From assembly GCA_001642005.1 (NCBI GenBank), contig LWCA01000064.1, forward strand, positions 1 through 63,251: a DNA stretch of 63,251 nt. Reading direction: 5' to 3'. Of the stretch, positions 1 through 16,700 are shown in pieces. The stretch's first letter is position 1; each line of letters begins with the position of its first letter. The position numbers and the translations under genes are program-made. The stretch is from Intoshia linei. Lineage: Eukaryota; Animalia; Orthonectida. The notes under the pieces are model-generated. The model saw only the letters and a list, made by a program, of their open reading frames with translations, made no database searches and was not told where the DNA came from.

Positions 1-60
1 AACTTCGCAAAATGTCTACTCGTGCTGAGCACGAGTGGCACGAGGTGGAGAGTCACTACT

Positions 61-114
61 GGTATTCATATATTTTATTTCCGAAATATTTTATTAACAG
101 TCAGCGACAGCTAG
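61..114 (+). mobile_element. Probable 3' end of the Helitron-like repeat family
   Basis: 61-98 matches internal sequence of the abundant family (compare 57797-57840) and ends ...CAGCGACAGCTAG followed by T, a Helitron-type CTAG|T terminus. Confidence 0.45.
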
Positions 115-534
115 TATGCTAGGAAAAATAAAATCTTTAATACTCAATATAAATTTCATTTAAAAAAAAAAACAGATATTATTTGAGTTAAAATAACAGC
201 ACAAATATTGTTAACTCTGAAATTGTTGTCATTTAGGCTGGGAGACATTTACCTAAAAAAGTAAATTAAAGCTAAAGTTCAACTTTATTTTTACTACCAT
301 ATAAATTTAATTATTGTAAAATATAATTCCGCACTTCAATATCTCTATCGTACTATTTGATTTTATCTTAATACGCATTTTTTTTATAATCTAATTAACT
401 GTATTTTTAATTTTATTTTAATTCAAAATTTAATTTATTAGTTTAAAAAGGTTAAATTCATAAATAAAAAGAATTGATGATATTATTTCGGCATTTTATA
501 ACACTAAACTTATGTTTTGTTCAATATAATAAAA

Positions 535-1064
535 GATTTTACCCTACCACGAAGTAAGCAATTTGATAGCCTAGAACAACTTGTGCTGTTGATATATACA
601 CCATATCAAGAGATGTAAAGGGGTAGAAAGTTTGAATTCAATTGGGAAAGGTTACATTTTTTACCTAGCACAATAGCTGTCGCGTCAAATTATTACTTTA
701 TGAACGTTTTTAGGAATTGCATAGATTTTTCGACGAAGGTAAATTGTGGCAAATTTCTAAAGAGTCAGACGATAAATCAATAACTAATAAAACGGGAATC
801 GTGCACATTGTTTTTGACTCTGAATACTTTTATACGTACAGCTCAGATATTGCACTAGCCATTTCAATTATACTACATACAATGACAGCTATGATGAAAC
901 TCTCCAATTGCAATAAAGTTTTTGCAAATTTGTATAACCCGTCCAAAGATTCTATGGATTTGTATGAAACATTAGGTTTCTGCTCGGTGAATTCGGATAC
1001 TCCAAAATACGACGAGTTTAATTTTCACGTTCAGTATTGCTATACATTTAAACACCCTTGTTAA
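535..1064 (+). CDS. Divergent GNAT-fold (RimJ/NAT9-like) protein; 5' end unresolved, possibly a pseudogene
   Basis: ORF 717-1064 ends with VFANLYNPSKDSMDLYETLGF, resembling the GNAT C-terminal motif (N..S..LY..LGF). Acceptor TTTTAG at 713. An upstream frame 535-678 joins it through a 35-nt GT-AG intron (679-713) but contains TAA at 616-618. Confidence 0.4.
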
Positions 1065-1134
1065 AATTTGTTATTAAAATTATCTGTAAATTTAAATTTA
1101 TTGTAATTCCTATAGTTTTTCTGCTATATATAAA

Positions 1135-4100
1135 ATGAAAAAAATTCGAACGTTTGGTGAAAAACCGAAATGTTTTAAATTGTTAGATAATGAAATGTAC
1201 TATGTTGGATCACAGGTTCGTTCAGCACGTCAGCATGTAACAAATTTAGATCGGTGCGTTTTTACGCATGTTTCGCGGTATATTGTACAAAAAATATCCA
1301 GGTCTCTGGCGCAGACCAATAACACCAGATGAACGACGACTTGTTTGTGAAAAAGGTTCAAAATTTATCCCATTGAAACTAATAATACGCTATAGTCAAT
1401 TTTGGGCCTCAATCATTAGCAACAAATGTTATATTAGTTAAACATTCTGAAATTGACGAAATCTTGAAAGGCAATGGAGATAAATTTAAATTTCCTATAA
1501 CAACCACTGACAACAATTCAGCTCCGTTGTAAATTGATAATTAATCATCATTAATGTTTAGAAGAGAATCAAAAATTAAAAAATCTAATTCTACATGGAT
1601 TCAACCACCGACAGGTTCATATCATTTGGATGCGATTCCTAGTCATACTGCCATTGTTAGGCAAAAAATTAATCAAAATCGTCTTCGATCATTTCCTTTA
1701 TGGTTTTTAGTATCCATAAATTTATTTATTTTCGTTTCAGCTTTGACGATTTGAATTACAAGGAACTAATTAATAATGCAAAAAATAAGAATGAATTGAT
1801 TCCCATCAGATTGGACATGGAAATTGAAGGTCAAAAGTTGAGAGATTGTTTCAATTGGAATAGAAGTGGTAAATCTAATTTAAATCTTTATATGAATTTA
1901 TTTATTCTAGAAAAACTAATAACACCAAACAAATTTGCTCAAATTTTGTGTGAAGATCTTCAATTAAACCCAAACAATTTTGTACATGCTATTACGAGCT
2001 CCATTTGTAACCAACTTGAAAACTATCCGGTAGATCCCAGCAAAGCCATGACCAATGATCATCGTGTTGTTATTAAGGTTTTTTATTTTTTTATTTAAAA
2101 TTTTTTGATATTCAAATTTAGTTAAACATTCACACCGGTAATATTTCACTTATTGATCAGTTTGAATGGGATATTTCTCAAACACTAGTGACTCCAGAAC
2201 AATTCGCTAAAAAATATTGTGGCGAAATGGGATTGGGTGGTGAATTTTGTTCTATTGTAGCGTATGCTATAAGAGGTCAGATTGGTTGGCAACTTCAAAC
2301 TTTTGCTTTCAGGTATCAGTAAAATTTAATTTTATTTAATGGTAAAATTAGTGAATCACCTTTACCAGTTATCGATGTCCCCATTCGAAGCAATACAGAA
2401 TCTGAGCAGTGGGGTCCTGTTTTAGAAATGTTGACTGACGCAGAAATTGAAAAGAAAATACGCGATCAGGACAGAAACACTAGGTAAATTTAATTTAATG
2501 CTATGAAACTCACACAATTTATTTGACTAGTGTATTTGAAAAAAGAATTTATTTATTTATTAATAGTACGCCATCTCTATTATTTACAATGTACATTATA
2601 GTCGAATATTTATACATAATGACTAGCTAAATTCATTCCAGTGGATTGTTATGTACTTCGTACATAAAAATAACTAGCTCTGCCGATGGCACACTTTTTT
2701 AATTCTATCAAAAAAATAAATTTAATAATAAAATCTTACATAAAAATGGTACTATTCACTATTACCAATCCTTTATAGTAGTGCACCCAAATTTGTTTTA
2801 CTATGGACTGGTCATTTGACAATAAAATTAAAGTGAATGATTTCACTTAAAATGTTTATAAAAGTAAGACATAATGTTCGAATTTTTACGGTGAGAAATA
2901 TTTTGTAATTTTAAATATGGCATATTCATTACTAATTAAATCTAAGTTAACATTAATTTTTCTATATGTGAGAAAATGGGTTAAACCATCTCCCAATGTG
3001 ACACGATATATCTCGATAACTACTAGAGTAAATTATTTCAAATTTTACATGACATCTTCAATTAGCATAAATACTATAATTCTAAAAAATTTTAAAATAA
3101 AAGCCAAAGAGTAGCTTGGGAGAAATTGGAATTTTTGTTTCTGTGAGTTTTCTCAATAAATGTTTACATAGATAAACATATTTTTACCAACTTTTACTTT
3201 ACATCTTTTACTTGTGTAAAATTGAATGTTTGTCGGTGTTTTGAGTGTTTATTTAAAAAATTAACAGTCGTATAATTAAAAACTCAATTTCTGATACTGT
3301 TTTTTTCAGGGGATGTTGATATCTATGTTTCATTTTACGAATTTGAATCTTTCAGGATCAAAAACCCAATATTCCCTTTTTTTTAAAAATAAAATCACCT
3401 CAAAAATTTAATAAAACATAACTTCAAAAACGATTTTTAAAATAATTAAAATTGTCGTAAATATCAACCTCAGAAACGCACACTTTCATGGTCGAAATCA
3501 CAAATTAACCTTTGTTTTAAAATTTTATAAAACATACGTTCTGGGATAGTTTTTAATACTATAAGCATTATTATAAATGGCAACCTCCAAAAAGTGCATT
3601 TTTACAATCAAAATTCTAGATTACTTTTTTTTTAAAAAATATAAGCAGCCCTAGAATTTAAAAAAATTACAGTTATATCCAGTCAATACACAAAAAATTT
3701 CAATTTGACAAAGTGACGCCTTCACGGTCCAAAAAGGACTTTAGTAGATTTTTTTTTTATATCCCGAAATATTTTTTTAAAGTTTGTTTGAGTTCGTTAA
3801 TTATTGATATAAAATATTTTTTACTTATTCAAAGCAGATGCTGAATATATACCATCACATTAAAAAAGAAAATTACGGTATTTATTTAATTTTATTTTTT
3901 ATAGAATTTAAGTTATTTATGACAATTTTTAGGTTTGTACTGTGTTATTTTTAATATTATACATTCAGATCTGAGTTTTCTGAACATCCCATAATTTGAA
4001 CATTAACAGTCTGAATACATTTCCATAATACAACTATAGAAATTTCCTATTTTAATTTGAACATTGAACGGAAAATATTTTGAATGCAAAGACAATTCAA

Positions 4101-5615
4101 CTACATTAATTATTATCATTTTATAGCGTGATTTTTCATTTTATATATTGTATATCTGTATTTCTAATATATTAAAAAAATTGGATCAATTTGTTTAAAA
4201 TTATTTACACAAATGTTATCAAAGTTAAATTTAAGTGGGATTAATACACCGGTTCGTGGTAAAACAAGTTTAGGAACCACTTTTTAAAAGATTCATAATA
4301 GTGAATAGTAGGATTTTTATGTAATATTTTTGTGGTAGAATTAAAACAGTTCACCTTCGAGAAGATCTAGTTGCTGTTTGTACTTGGTACAACCAGTCAA
4401 GATAGTAACAATATAAGATTAAATATAAGTACGGACATTATAAGTGGAATCAAATATTTTATTCAAATTGTAGGAATTTGACTACGATTGAATAAAAGTT
4501 TTTGGTTTAAATTCGATAATACAAGCTTTTTCTGGTCATATTGTTTTGAGATATAAAGTATTTTTCTTCGAATGGTGGCTCTATAAAGTTGTTTCTACTA
4601 CTGACCTAAGTCATCTGTTCTATAATTCATAGCACAGAAAAAAGTAACGTTATAATATATGACTAGTGATCAGGGGTGTCAATTATGCGGCCCCAAATTA
4701 TGGAATGTGCGGACCGCGTTATAATATAAATTTTTATTTTTTACACATATTTTTGATTTTACAGTTTTTTCATATATTTTTTATGATTTATTTATTAATT
4801 ATTACAATTTTCACATTATTTTTATTTTATTCCATTTTTATTGTTTCATATTTAATATTTTGAATTAAAATTATTATAAATTAATTAAATCTGTTAGTTT
4901 TAACAAGTTTGTTTTCCCGCATCTAAGGTTCAAAAATATGAATAAATGACACAAAAAATTATATTTTGAAATCCATTCCTTGTTGGAATTTCCGACCTTG
5001 ACAAAACCCATGATTTATGTTTTAGAATAATTAAAATAAATTGTAGATTCATAATTCGCAAATTATAAATGTAATTGACAATAAATTTAAAAATAATTAG
5101 TGTCTGTAATTATAGACATTATAATCCAATTTTACGATACTTTTCTTTGCAGGTTTATGTGAATGATTGATGATTTCATGAACTTGTTTTTATTCAGTTC
5201 TTCCAAATGAGACTATTATTGGAAAAATGTGCCAGTTTATAAAATAATTTCTTATAGATAAACAAATTGACTTAATGTTACATTTGACAGACCAAAAATC
5301 TAGTAATTTTGCAGCTGTAGAATAATAATACGTTTTCTTTATGTCTAATTTTAATCCAATGTGAGTGGATACAACTAACTTTAAATACCATTGAAGCTAT
5401 AAATTAATAACACTAAACAATTTCCTATTCTTTAGGTGTGTCGAGATTTCATTTGGGCTTAATTTAAATCCAATATAATTGCACTAACATTGTAAATTAA
5501 CTTGTCAAATGTTTAGTACCTTGAGATGGAAATTTAATGTTTGACCATTTACTTACAATTAATATTTTATTTTAGACGAATGCGTCGAGTGGCAAACATA
5601 CCTACACAATGGTAA
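1135..5615 (+). CDS. SMARCB1: SWI/SNF core subunit SNF5/SMARCB1/INI1, 9 exons
   Basis: Exons 1135-1215, 1250-1355, 1396-1528, 1562-1702, 1741-1868, 1911-2077, 2122-2312, 2352-2483 and 5576-5615 splice in phase. They give [57 protein letters not shown] and [26 protein letters not shown]. Confidence 0.97.
3204..3790 (+). mobile_element. Helitron-like non-autonomous repeat copy in the last SMARCB1 intron
   Basis: Begins A|TCTTTTACTTGTGTAAAATTGAATGT and shares blocks such as GACGCCTTCACGGTC.AAAAAG with copies at 55060-55923 (minus) and 57359-58190. Confidence 0.6.
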
Positions 5616-6693
5616 ATTGTATAATGTAAAATTTGAATAAACACTACAATTATAATTGTCAATTTTTCATCGACTCAAGTGTAACCTGCAAATGTTATGT
5701 CTGGTAATTGAAAATTTGAAAAGGTATTTATTCGACATTAAATAAAGTCTACCATATTTTAAGCATGTGCTCGTGTACTATTATCTTACCTCATCAACAC
5801 ATGTTTTAAAGGTGTTTAATGTCATCGTCCCCACTTTATCTGTGCATATAAAACAGTCACCATTTATTACTAATTTTTACAATTGCATCATAAAATTCAA
5901 CTTCCATTCAATTCAAACAAGTCTAGTGTGTTATCATTCACTGTGCAATTGTTAATAAGCGCAAACAATACACGTGAATGTAGTTTGTAAAGACGCAGTG
6001 TAATTGCAATCTGTGCGTTAAATCGAAATAGACACCTTTATACCTTAAATTTACCTGGAAATTATATATTAAAGTTCTATTCAATCTTCACTTCACGGTG
6101 CTTTTGATAAAGTGAATTTGAACATCAACATTAATTCATAAATAGTAAAATATTGAGGTAATTAAATTTTTGCATTTTAATAAATAGATGGTAATTATCT
6201 GGAATTAAACATTAAACTTACTACAATACTTGATGCACGTTTGTTGAAGCATAACGTAATTATTATTTAGTGAGAATTGTTGATTAGTAGTTGTACGATT
6301 ATCCGAATTTTGGCTTTAAATTCCATGCTGTTACATTTTGACTTGACGTGAAATTGTTTACTTTTACAGCACACGTACGTGTATCTATCGCACCGGATCT
6401 ACTATTCACTTAACAATTTTAACAGACCTTGAATTAATTTATACATTCATTTACAAAATTTATTTTACGAAAACGTTTCAAATTTTACATTCGTCTTAAA
6501 GGTATTTTTGTGTAATATTATTAAGCTTAAACACACTAAGTGTATTTCATTTAAAGAATCGATATTTCAAATGAAATTGTATACCTCATCTCTTGAGTTC
6601 GGTCTGTAATTTTAGCTTGTAGTATTTGCGACATCAATTTGCATACCTCCAGTATGTAACGGAAATGTGTTTATAGTTAAATGAGATAGCTAA

Positions 6694-10142
<3,449 letters not shown>

Positions 10143-11040
10143 TTCATGACATTATTCATATTTCAATTGTCAATTACCCATATTAATTTTAACTTGTATG
10201 CTGTTTTTTTATATTATTGTGAATTTAGTTTATATATACAATTCATATTAAATCGTTATTTATAATTTTTATCACTTTGCAAAATTAACACATGTCACGT
10301 TATCGATATTTTTCGTCCTAAACAAAAGTCAAAATTAGTGATGCGTAGTTTTAATGTTGGGAATTGGTTCATTTGTTGAAATTTGATAGCGTATTAAAAT
10401 TTAATTTGAAATTTTTTCAAGTGTGACGGTGTGACGTACTAATGATGTACTGGACAATAGATTTTGTTTATCATTAAATGATTGGATAAATGATAAATCT
10501 AAATGAATATTTAATTAAAATTCTTATTATTTCGCCTGATCAGTTGTAGTACATAATGTATGCAGCACTATGTTTCCATTTCCTTATCTCAAGTACAATT
10601 ATCCATTCTATTATATTTTACTTTACTGTTTTACTACAAGAAATACTATATTGTTTTGTTTATCAATTTTAATTAGTAACGAAATTTAAAGCTTTTGTTA
10701 TTAATAAATCATAAATGTCACTCAAAACCTAAATTAAATCTTAAAATATCGAAAACTGAAATTAACTTGAGAGTATAATGTATTTACATTATTTCAATTT
10801 ATATAAATGAAGGATGCACTTACTTAGTTACGTTGTATAACATACATTAAAAATAGTTAATTAATAAGAGTTTTAGCCATTACTCTGTCCACTTCTTAGC
10901 GTTTATGTTCAAGTAAAAAAATTTCGCTTCAAGTAAAATAATGTTAAATTAATTAAATGATGCGTTATAAATATTAAATTAGACGCTGAAACTATCAAAT
11001 TAGTCGGAGCATTAAATAGTATCCATTATTTAATATACAA

Positions 11041-12010
11041 TAGAGCTATTCCAATTTGGACTTTTTTAAAATTTAAAAAAGACACATATAAACAAAAATC
11101 TTCATTTAATTTGCTGCATAATGATATCAATATTTTTTATTTTCTTCACAAAAAACCCCGCGTATTTACCATTTCCTGTTCTCTTAACATTTTTCATTGT
11201 AGTTTCCACGCATTTGTTATAATTTTAAGATTTAACATAGATCATGTGACAATAATCATAGTAATTGAAAAAAATCAAAAAAAAATTATATATTTTAGAC
11301 ACAGTATACCGACAAACTTTTCGTTTTTAAAAAAAATGATATAATTTAAAAACAAAAACATGAATTTAACTGGTTAAAATATTTTAAATGCTTCTACTCA
11401 AATATTTTTTAAGTACTATTATAAAAAAATAATTTTTGTAAGTTAATAATATTAAAAGTAAAACAAATTTAAAAATAATATAAATATAATTCATCACTTT
11501 TGTGAATATTTTATTATCGCAGATACTATTTATATTTTTTTACATAGAAAATTAATACGAATTTAACAAACAAATATGAATTAAATTTGTTTATGGTTTT
11601 TGCACATATATTTTCAACTTTAATAACTTTAATAACTTTAAACTTTAAAACTTGTGAAACTTTAATAGTTAATTTACTAACATTAATTAATCATTATTTT
11701 AATGTCGAAAATTTTCTTTCACCAGGTTCAATCGTCATTATTATCCCATTTGATTTAACAAAATATGAAAATATTTCGGACATCTCTTGTAAACTTTAAA
11801 ATTGCTATTATTTAAATTTATTAACATGTCAACAGATTATTAAAATTTTCAATAAACTAACTGAGAAATAATAAAATGAAAACTTTAAACTTCAAGACGT
11901 GTTTTTTTGAATAAAAATTAAAAATATTAATATCATTCTGCAGCAAATTATGCGGGGTCTATATTATTGTATATATGTCATTTTTATATTAGTAAAATGG
12001 AATAGCCCAA
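11041..12010. mobile_element. Non-autonomous hAT element (TAG termini)
   Basis: TIR TAGAGCTATTCCA / TGGAATAGCCCAA and 8-bp TSD ATATACAA / ATATACAT. A second partial copy starts at 16253. Confidence 0.8.
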
Positions 12011-12607
12011 ATATACATGTATTTTCAATTAAAATTCTAGGGTTGTTTTGATTTTTAAAAAAATGAGTAATCTGAGGTTTTTGACCGTGAAAGTTATCTT
12101 TTTTGAGGTTACCATTCATCATAATGCTTATGACTTTAAAAACTATCCCAGAATTTATGTTGTATGAAATTCTAGGACATTAAATTTTTACAAAAAAGGG
12201 TAATTTGTGGTTTTCACCGTGATATTATTACCGATATAAGATTTTTAAATAGAAAATATAACAATGTTGATCAGTTTAAAATCATTATCAGATTGTGTAG
12301 TTTTTATAATTATAAGACGGGTTTGAATATAAAAAAAAGATAATTGGGGTTTTTTATATTGAAGGACTCAATTTCTGAAAATAAAATTTACGGTTAAACA
12401 TAACCCTCGAAAAACTGTTATAGAAATATGGAGATTTAAAATTAAACTTCTTTTTACTTTCTTAAATAAACTGGAACACACAGAACAATATATGGTCTAT
12501 AATTATAGTCTATATATTATAATATCTCTATAATATATATTATAGACTCTGATTTTAATATATCATTAAGGAAAAATTATAATTTATACGTTACTATGCA
12601 ATGCAAT

Positions 12608-13327
12608 TAGTGATTGTGATTTCCCGGGAAATGACAAAAGTCGAGAACCGGGAAATTTAATTTAATGAAATAATACCAATCTTAGATTTACAAAATTTAA
12701 ACGTCTTTTAAACGCGTTCTACGTTTTGTAACGAAATTATAAGCAGTAGAGAAATTTCTTTCATTTTGTGTTGACGTAGGTTGAACGGTCATAAGGGCTT
12801 CCTTTAATTTTAACAATCTTGATGATAGCGTTCCACTTCGTAACAAATCATAATATTTTTCAAAATAATATTGGAAAAACAGGATAATGCTCTTAAGCGT
12901 TAGTAATTTGTGGTTGGAATAAGAGGTTTTTAAAAAAAGTATTGGAAAAAGGATATTTTTCCATTAAGGGCTGGAAAATTAAATTTTTTATTTGTAGTTT
13001 GATAAAGTAGATTTTTTTGATAAGATTTCGTAAAATCGGATTTTTGAAAAAAATATCAGTGTAAGTCAATTTTTCCATGAAGGCTTGAAATGGTATTTTT
13101 GTTTGATTAAATTTTATTAGCGGTGGGATTTTTGAAATAATAAATTTTAAATATTATAATATAATCATATTTTCATAGTAATAACAAACATAAATCAAAT
13201 ACAGGTATGTCTCAATTTTTTTCGGAAAATCCCGGAAAATCGTAAAAATCCCGCGAAATTTAATTTTCGGAAATTATTAAATATCCCGGGAATTATGTTC
13301 CGGTTTTTTTCCCCGGCATAATCACTA
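12608..13327. mobile_element. Non-autonomous hAT element (TAG termini, CCCGG-rich subtermini)
   Basis: TIR TAGTGATTGTG / CATAATCACTA and a perfect 8-bp TSD AATGCAAT. Related copy at 45775-46260. Confidence 0.85.
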
Positions 13328-13791
13328 AATGCAATGCATGCGATGCAAAAAGAATAAAAAACCCTATTTTTTAGAATAAATTTCTCAATTACCCACTCGT
13401 GGGTAAAAACGCACAGGTTGGGAATCATTGCACTCAAAGAAAACAATGCAACTCACTCAAAGAAAAATTTAGTCTTCCATTGAAGTCATCAGAGTTTCAC
13501 ACAGTATGGGAACATTTTAGTCAGTAAGTTAGTTATTAACGTTATATTCATTAATTGTAATTGTAAGTTAATTAATAATTCGAATTATGAACTATTAAAC
13601 AAGAATTAAAAAATAATTGCACAAAATACAATCAAGAAGGAGGTTTAATCATAAAAAATTGAGGTAGTCTCATAGCACACTCGTAGAATATTTTTATGGT
13701 GATTTACTGTTTTAATGTTGATAACAATATTTTAAAGATAAAAGTATATTGATTTTAAAAATATTTTCTATAACGACATTTTAACGATACT

Positions 13792-16700
13792 ATGAAAGAA
13801 AAAAAGAAAAATGTAATAATGTATATTATAAATAGCTTCTCACATATTTATAACTGGAAACTTTTTAGAATACATTTTTGTATTTATATTACGTTTAGAT
13901 TTATTATTATAATTTATGGTCTTTTTTATATATTTTTTTTAAATATTGACATGTAGTCAAATTTAAAATGTCAATTACAAACCCGTAGAGAAAGGGCTAG
14001 GGATATGTTGCATTAGACATGGTTAGCGAATATTTTTTATTTTGGGTTGTCTCGCGCACAGTAGAGTTGGCTGTGAAGCCAACGTTCATTCATAAACAAA
14101 TTACCAAAATAAAGCTACCTAAAAACTGGTCACAAAAAAAGCAAAAAGGTTATCTCTTATTGGTATATTGCAGGGATCAGCAACATTTTGCATCTTGTGG
14201 GCCACTTTTTCCATATTAAAAAATTCTATGGGCCTTGTTTTTTAAAATTTACACATGATACATTTCAATTTTATTTAATGAGAAACGGTTCTAGTATATT
14301 CAATAAAATAAAACCCAGGGCAATTTGAAAATTTAGTATTAAGATGATTATAATGAGCCAATTTTAGTAGAAAATGTATAAAACACTATTTAAAAATTTA
14401 AAAATAAATAATTTACATATTTACTCAAAGGGTATCCAAAATTATTATGTGTGCCACTTTTTTGGTTGTCGACTCAAGATTTTTAAGAGATCTTGTCGTT
14501 TCTCGATTTGTAGTTTTTTAAAGTTTTTTAGTTGTTTCATGGAGAATTATCTCTGAAATAATTATATCAAGTTAATTCACTAGGTCATTGACCGTAGGCA
14601 AGGGATTTACACAATTTTTATAATGTTTTGGTTATAAATATAATTGTATTCGAGAAGCTTTGATATATTTTGATATATTTTAGTCAACGGATGAAGGCCC
14701 ACAACATTCTGCTGAAGATTTAGAATTGATAAATTATTTATACAATAACGTTACCATCAAATCGGGGAAATGCCTCGACACATATGTTGATTATTTTACA
14801 AGTATTATTGATGCATTATTTATCATTTTGGAAATAAAATTTCCTTATAATTGTTTATTATGGAATGGGCGATTTTTTATCATATTCATTGTATATTATA
14901 CAATGTATCGGGTACCCATGTATTTCATCATCTTATATATTAAAAATATAGTAGTGACAAATTAAACGGGATAAAGCCACTATTCAGTAAAAATAATTGT
15001 AAACAGTTGTGCAAAATTACCACTTTTTCCAGAATTTTAAGATTTTTCCATTTTAATTTTGTTAATTGCTGTTCTATCTTTTATCTTATAATTAATATCT
15101 TGACAACATATAAAATGTTTGTATCATACTTGTAATTCCCTGATTAATTTAAAAATTGATAGACATGTTAAGAATTACATTTTTCGTTATTTCAAGTTCA
15201 AGTTCAAATACGAGTTTTGGAAATACGTGACTGAGGGTGAAAATCAATTTTACCAATTAGGTTATACCAGTGATTTCCAACCTATGGTATTTACCCACGA
15301 GTGGGTAATTTGATATTTTTTATGGATAATCGCGAAATTTGTTTTAATAAATAAAAAAAATTTCTCTATTTTTGTGTCGCATGCATAGTAACGTATTATA
15401 TAATTTTTACTAAGTGATATAATAATTTAAATACAATGTAATTATAAAATGTAGCCATTACATAAATGAATATCTTTACTTATATAGTGTAGCCAGAAAA
15501 AATACGTACTATCAATTTTAGATTATTTGATGATAAATGTAAAGCTAAAACTACTTATCTATGATGACGAATAAAAATTTTCGGCTTAAAATTTATTCCT
15601 GGTCACACTAACTTATATAAAGTTGAATGTCTGTGTGTTACAATTTATTTAAAAAATTAACAGTTGTAGAATTTAATAAAATCAATTTCTAATATAATTT
15701 TTAGCAAGTGATGTTTATATTTAAGTTTTATTTTTTAAAATTGAATCCTTCAGCGTCAAAAACCCAAACAATATCATAATAAGTACTATAATATGGGTAA
15801 TGTAGTAAAAAAGGTTGGGGAACACTGTTATACTGAATACTCCGGTTTATTACAACTATTTTTAAATAATATTTGTTGTCATTTTAGGTGAAGATGCAAT
15901 AGACACTTTCTCTAATTCTAAAAAACATAAAGCACAATTTGATTCAAAAATAGAGATTATTACTGTTTGCCAACAGTAAATTATATCATTGATTCTGAAA
16001 TATTTGTATCAACTGCCTGGGGTCAATAGTTTTAATTTTAAAATGTCATGTTTTGCTTTATATATTTTATGTATTTTGAATTAAATCATTTTTAAAAAAT
16101 TATCACGTCACTTTCCAAAGTGTACACTAACACCAGGGCTATGGAAAGGGACATAATCATATTCTAAATGAATAGTAATGTTAGAAAATTGCTTAATTAT
16201 TTCAACATTATCTTATACCATGTTTTATTGATCATACCAATATGGTTTCTCCTAGGGCTATTCCAATTTGGACTTTTTTTGAAATTTAAAAAAGACATAC
16301 AGTCAAAATCTCATTTAACGAAAATATTAGAAATCTAACTGTATTAGAAATGTGCTGCTGCACATATGTCTTGAATTTATCAAAATTATATTTAATATGA
16401 ACAAATAATTAAACTTTTTATTATATTATAATAATATTATACGTATAAAAAGATTCCATGACTTCATAAAAGAGTCGATCTAATATTTAAATCCATAAAA
16501 CTATAACAGTATTTTAAAAAACTTCTAAATTTTAGGCTAAAAACTACTAAAAAAATAAAATAATATTGAATTTACGCGTTCGTTAATCAGAAATTCGTTA
16601 AATACCAGACATTTAGGCATTTATATAGAAAATAAAATTTCGACGTTCATTAAATGAGATTTTGACTGTATATAGATAATCTACATTTAATTTACTGTAG

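Noticed and set aside
10143-11040. miR-8/miR-200 seed sites in the ZEB 3' region
   Set aside because: No CAGTATT match was seen on reading.
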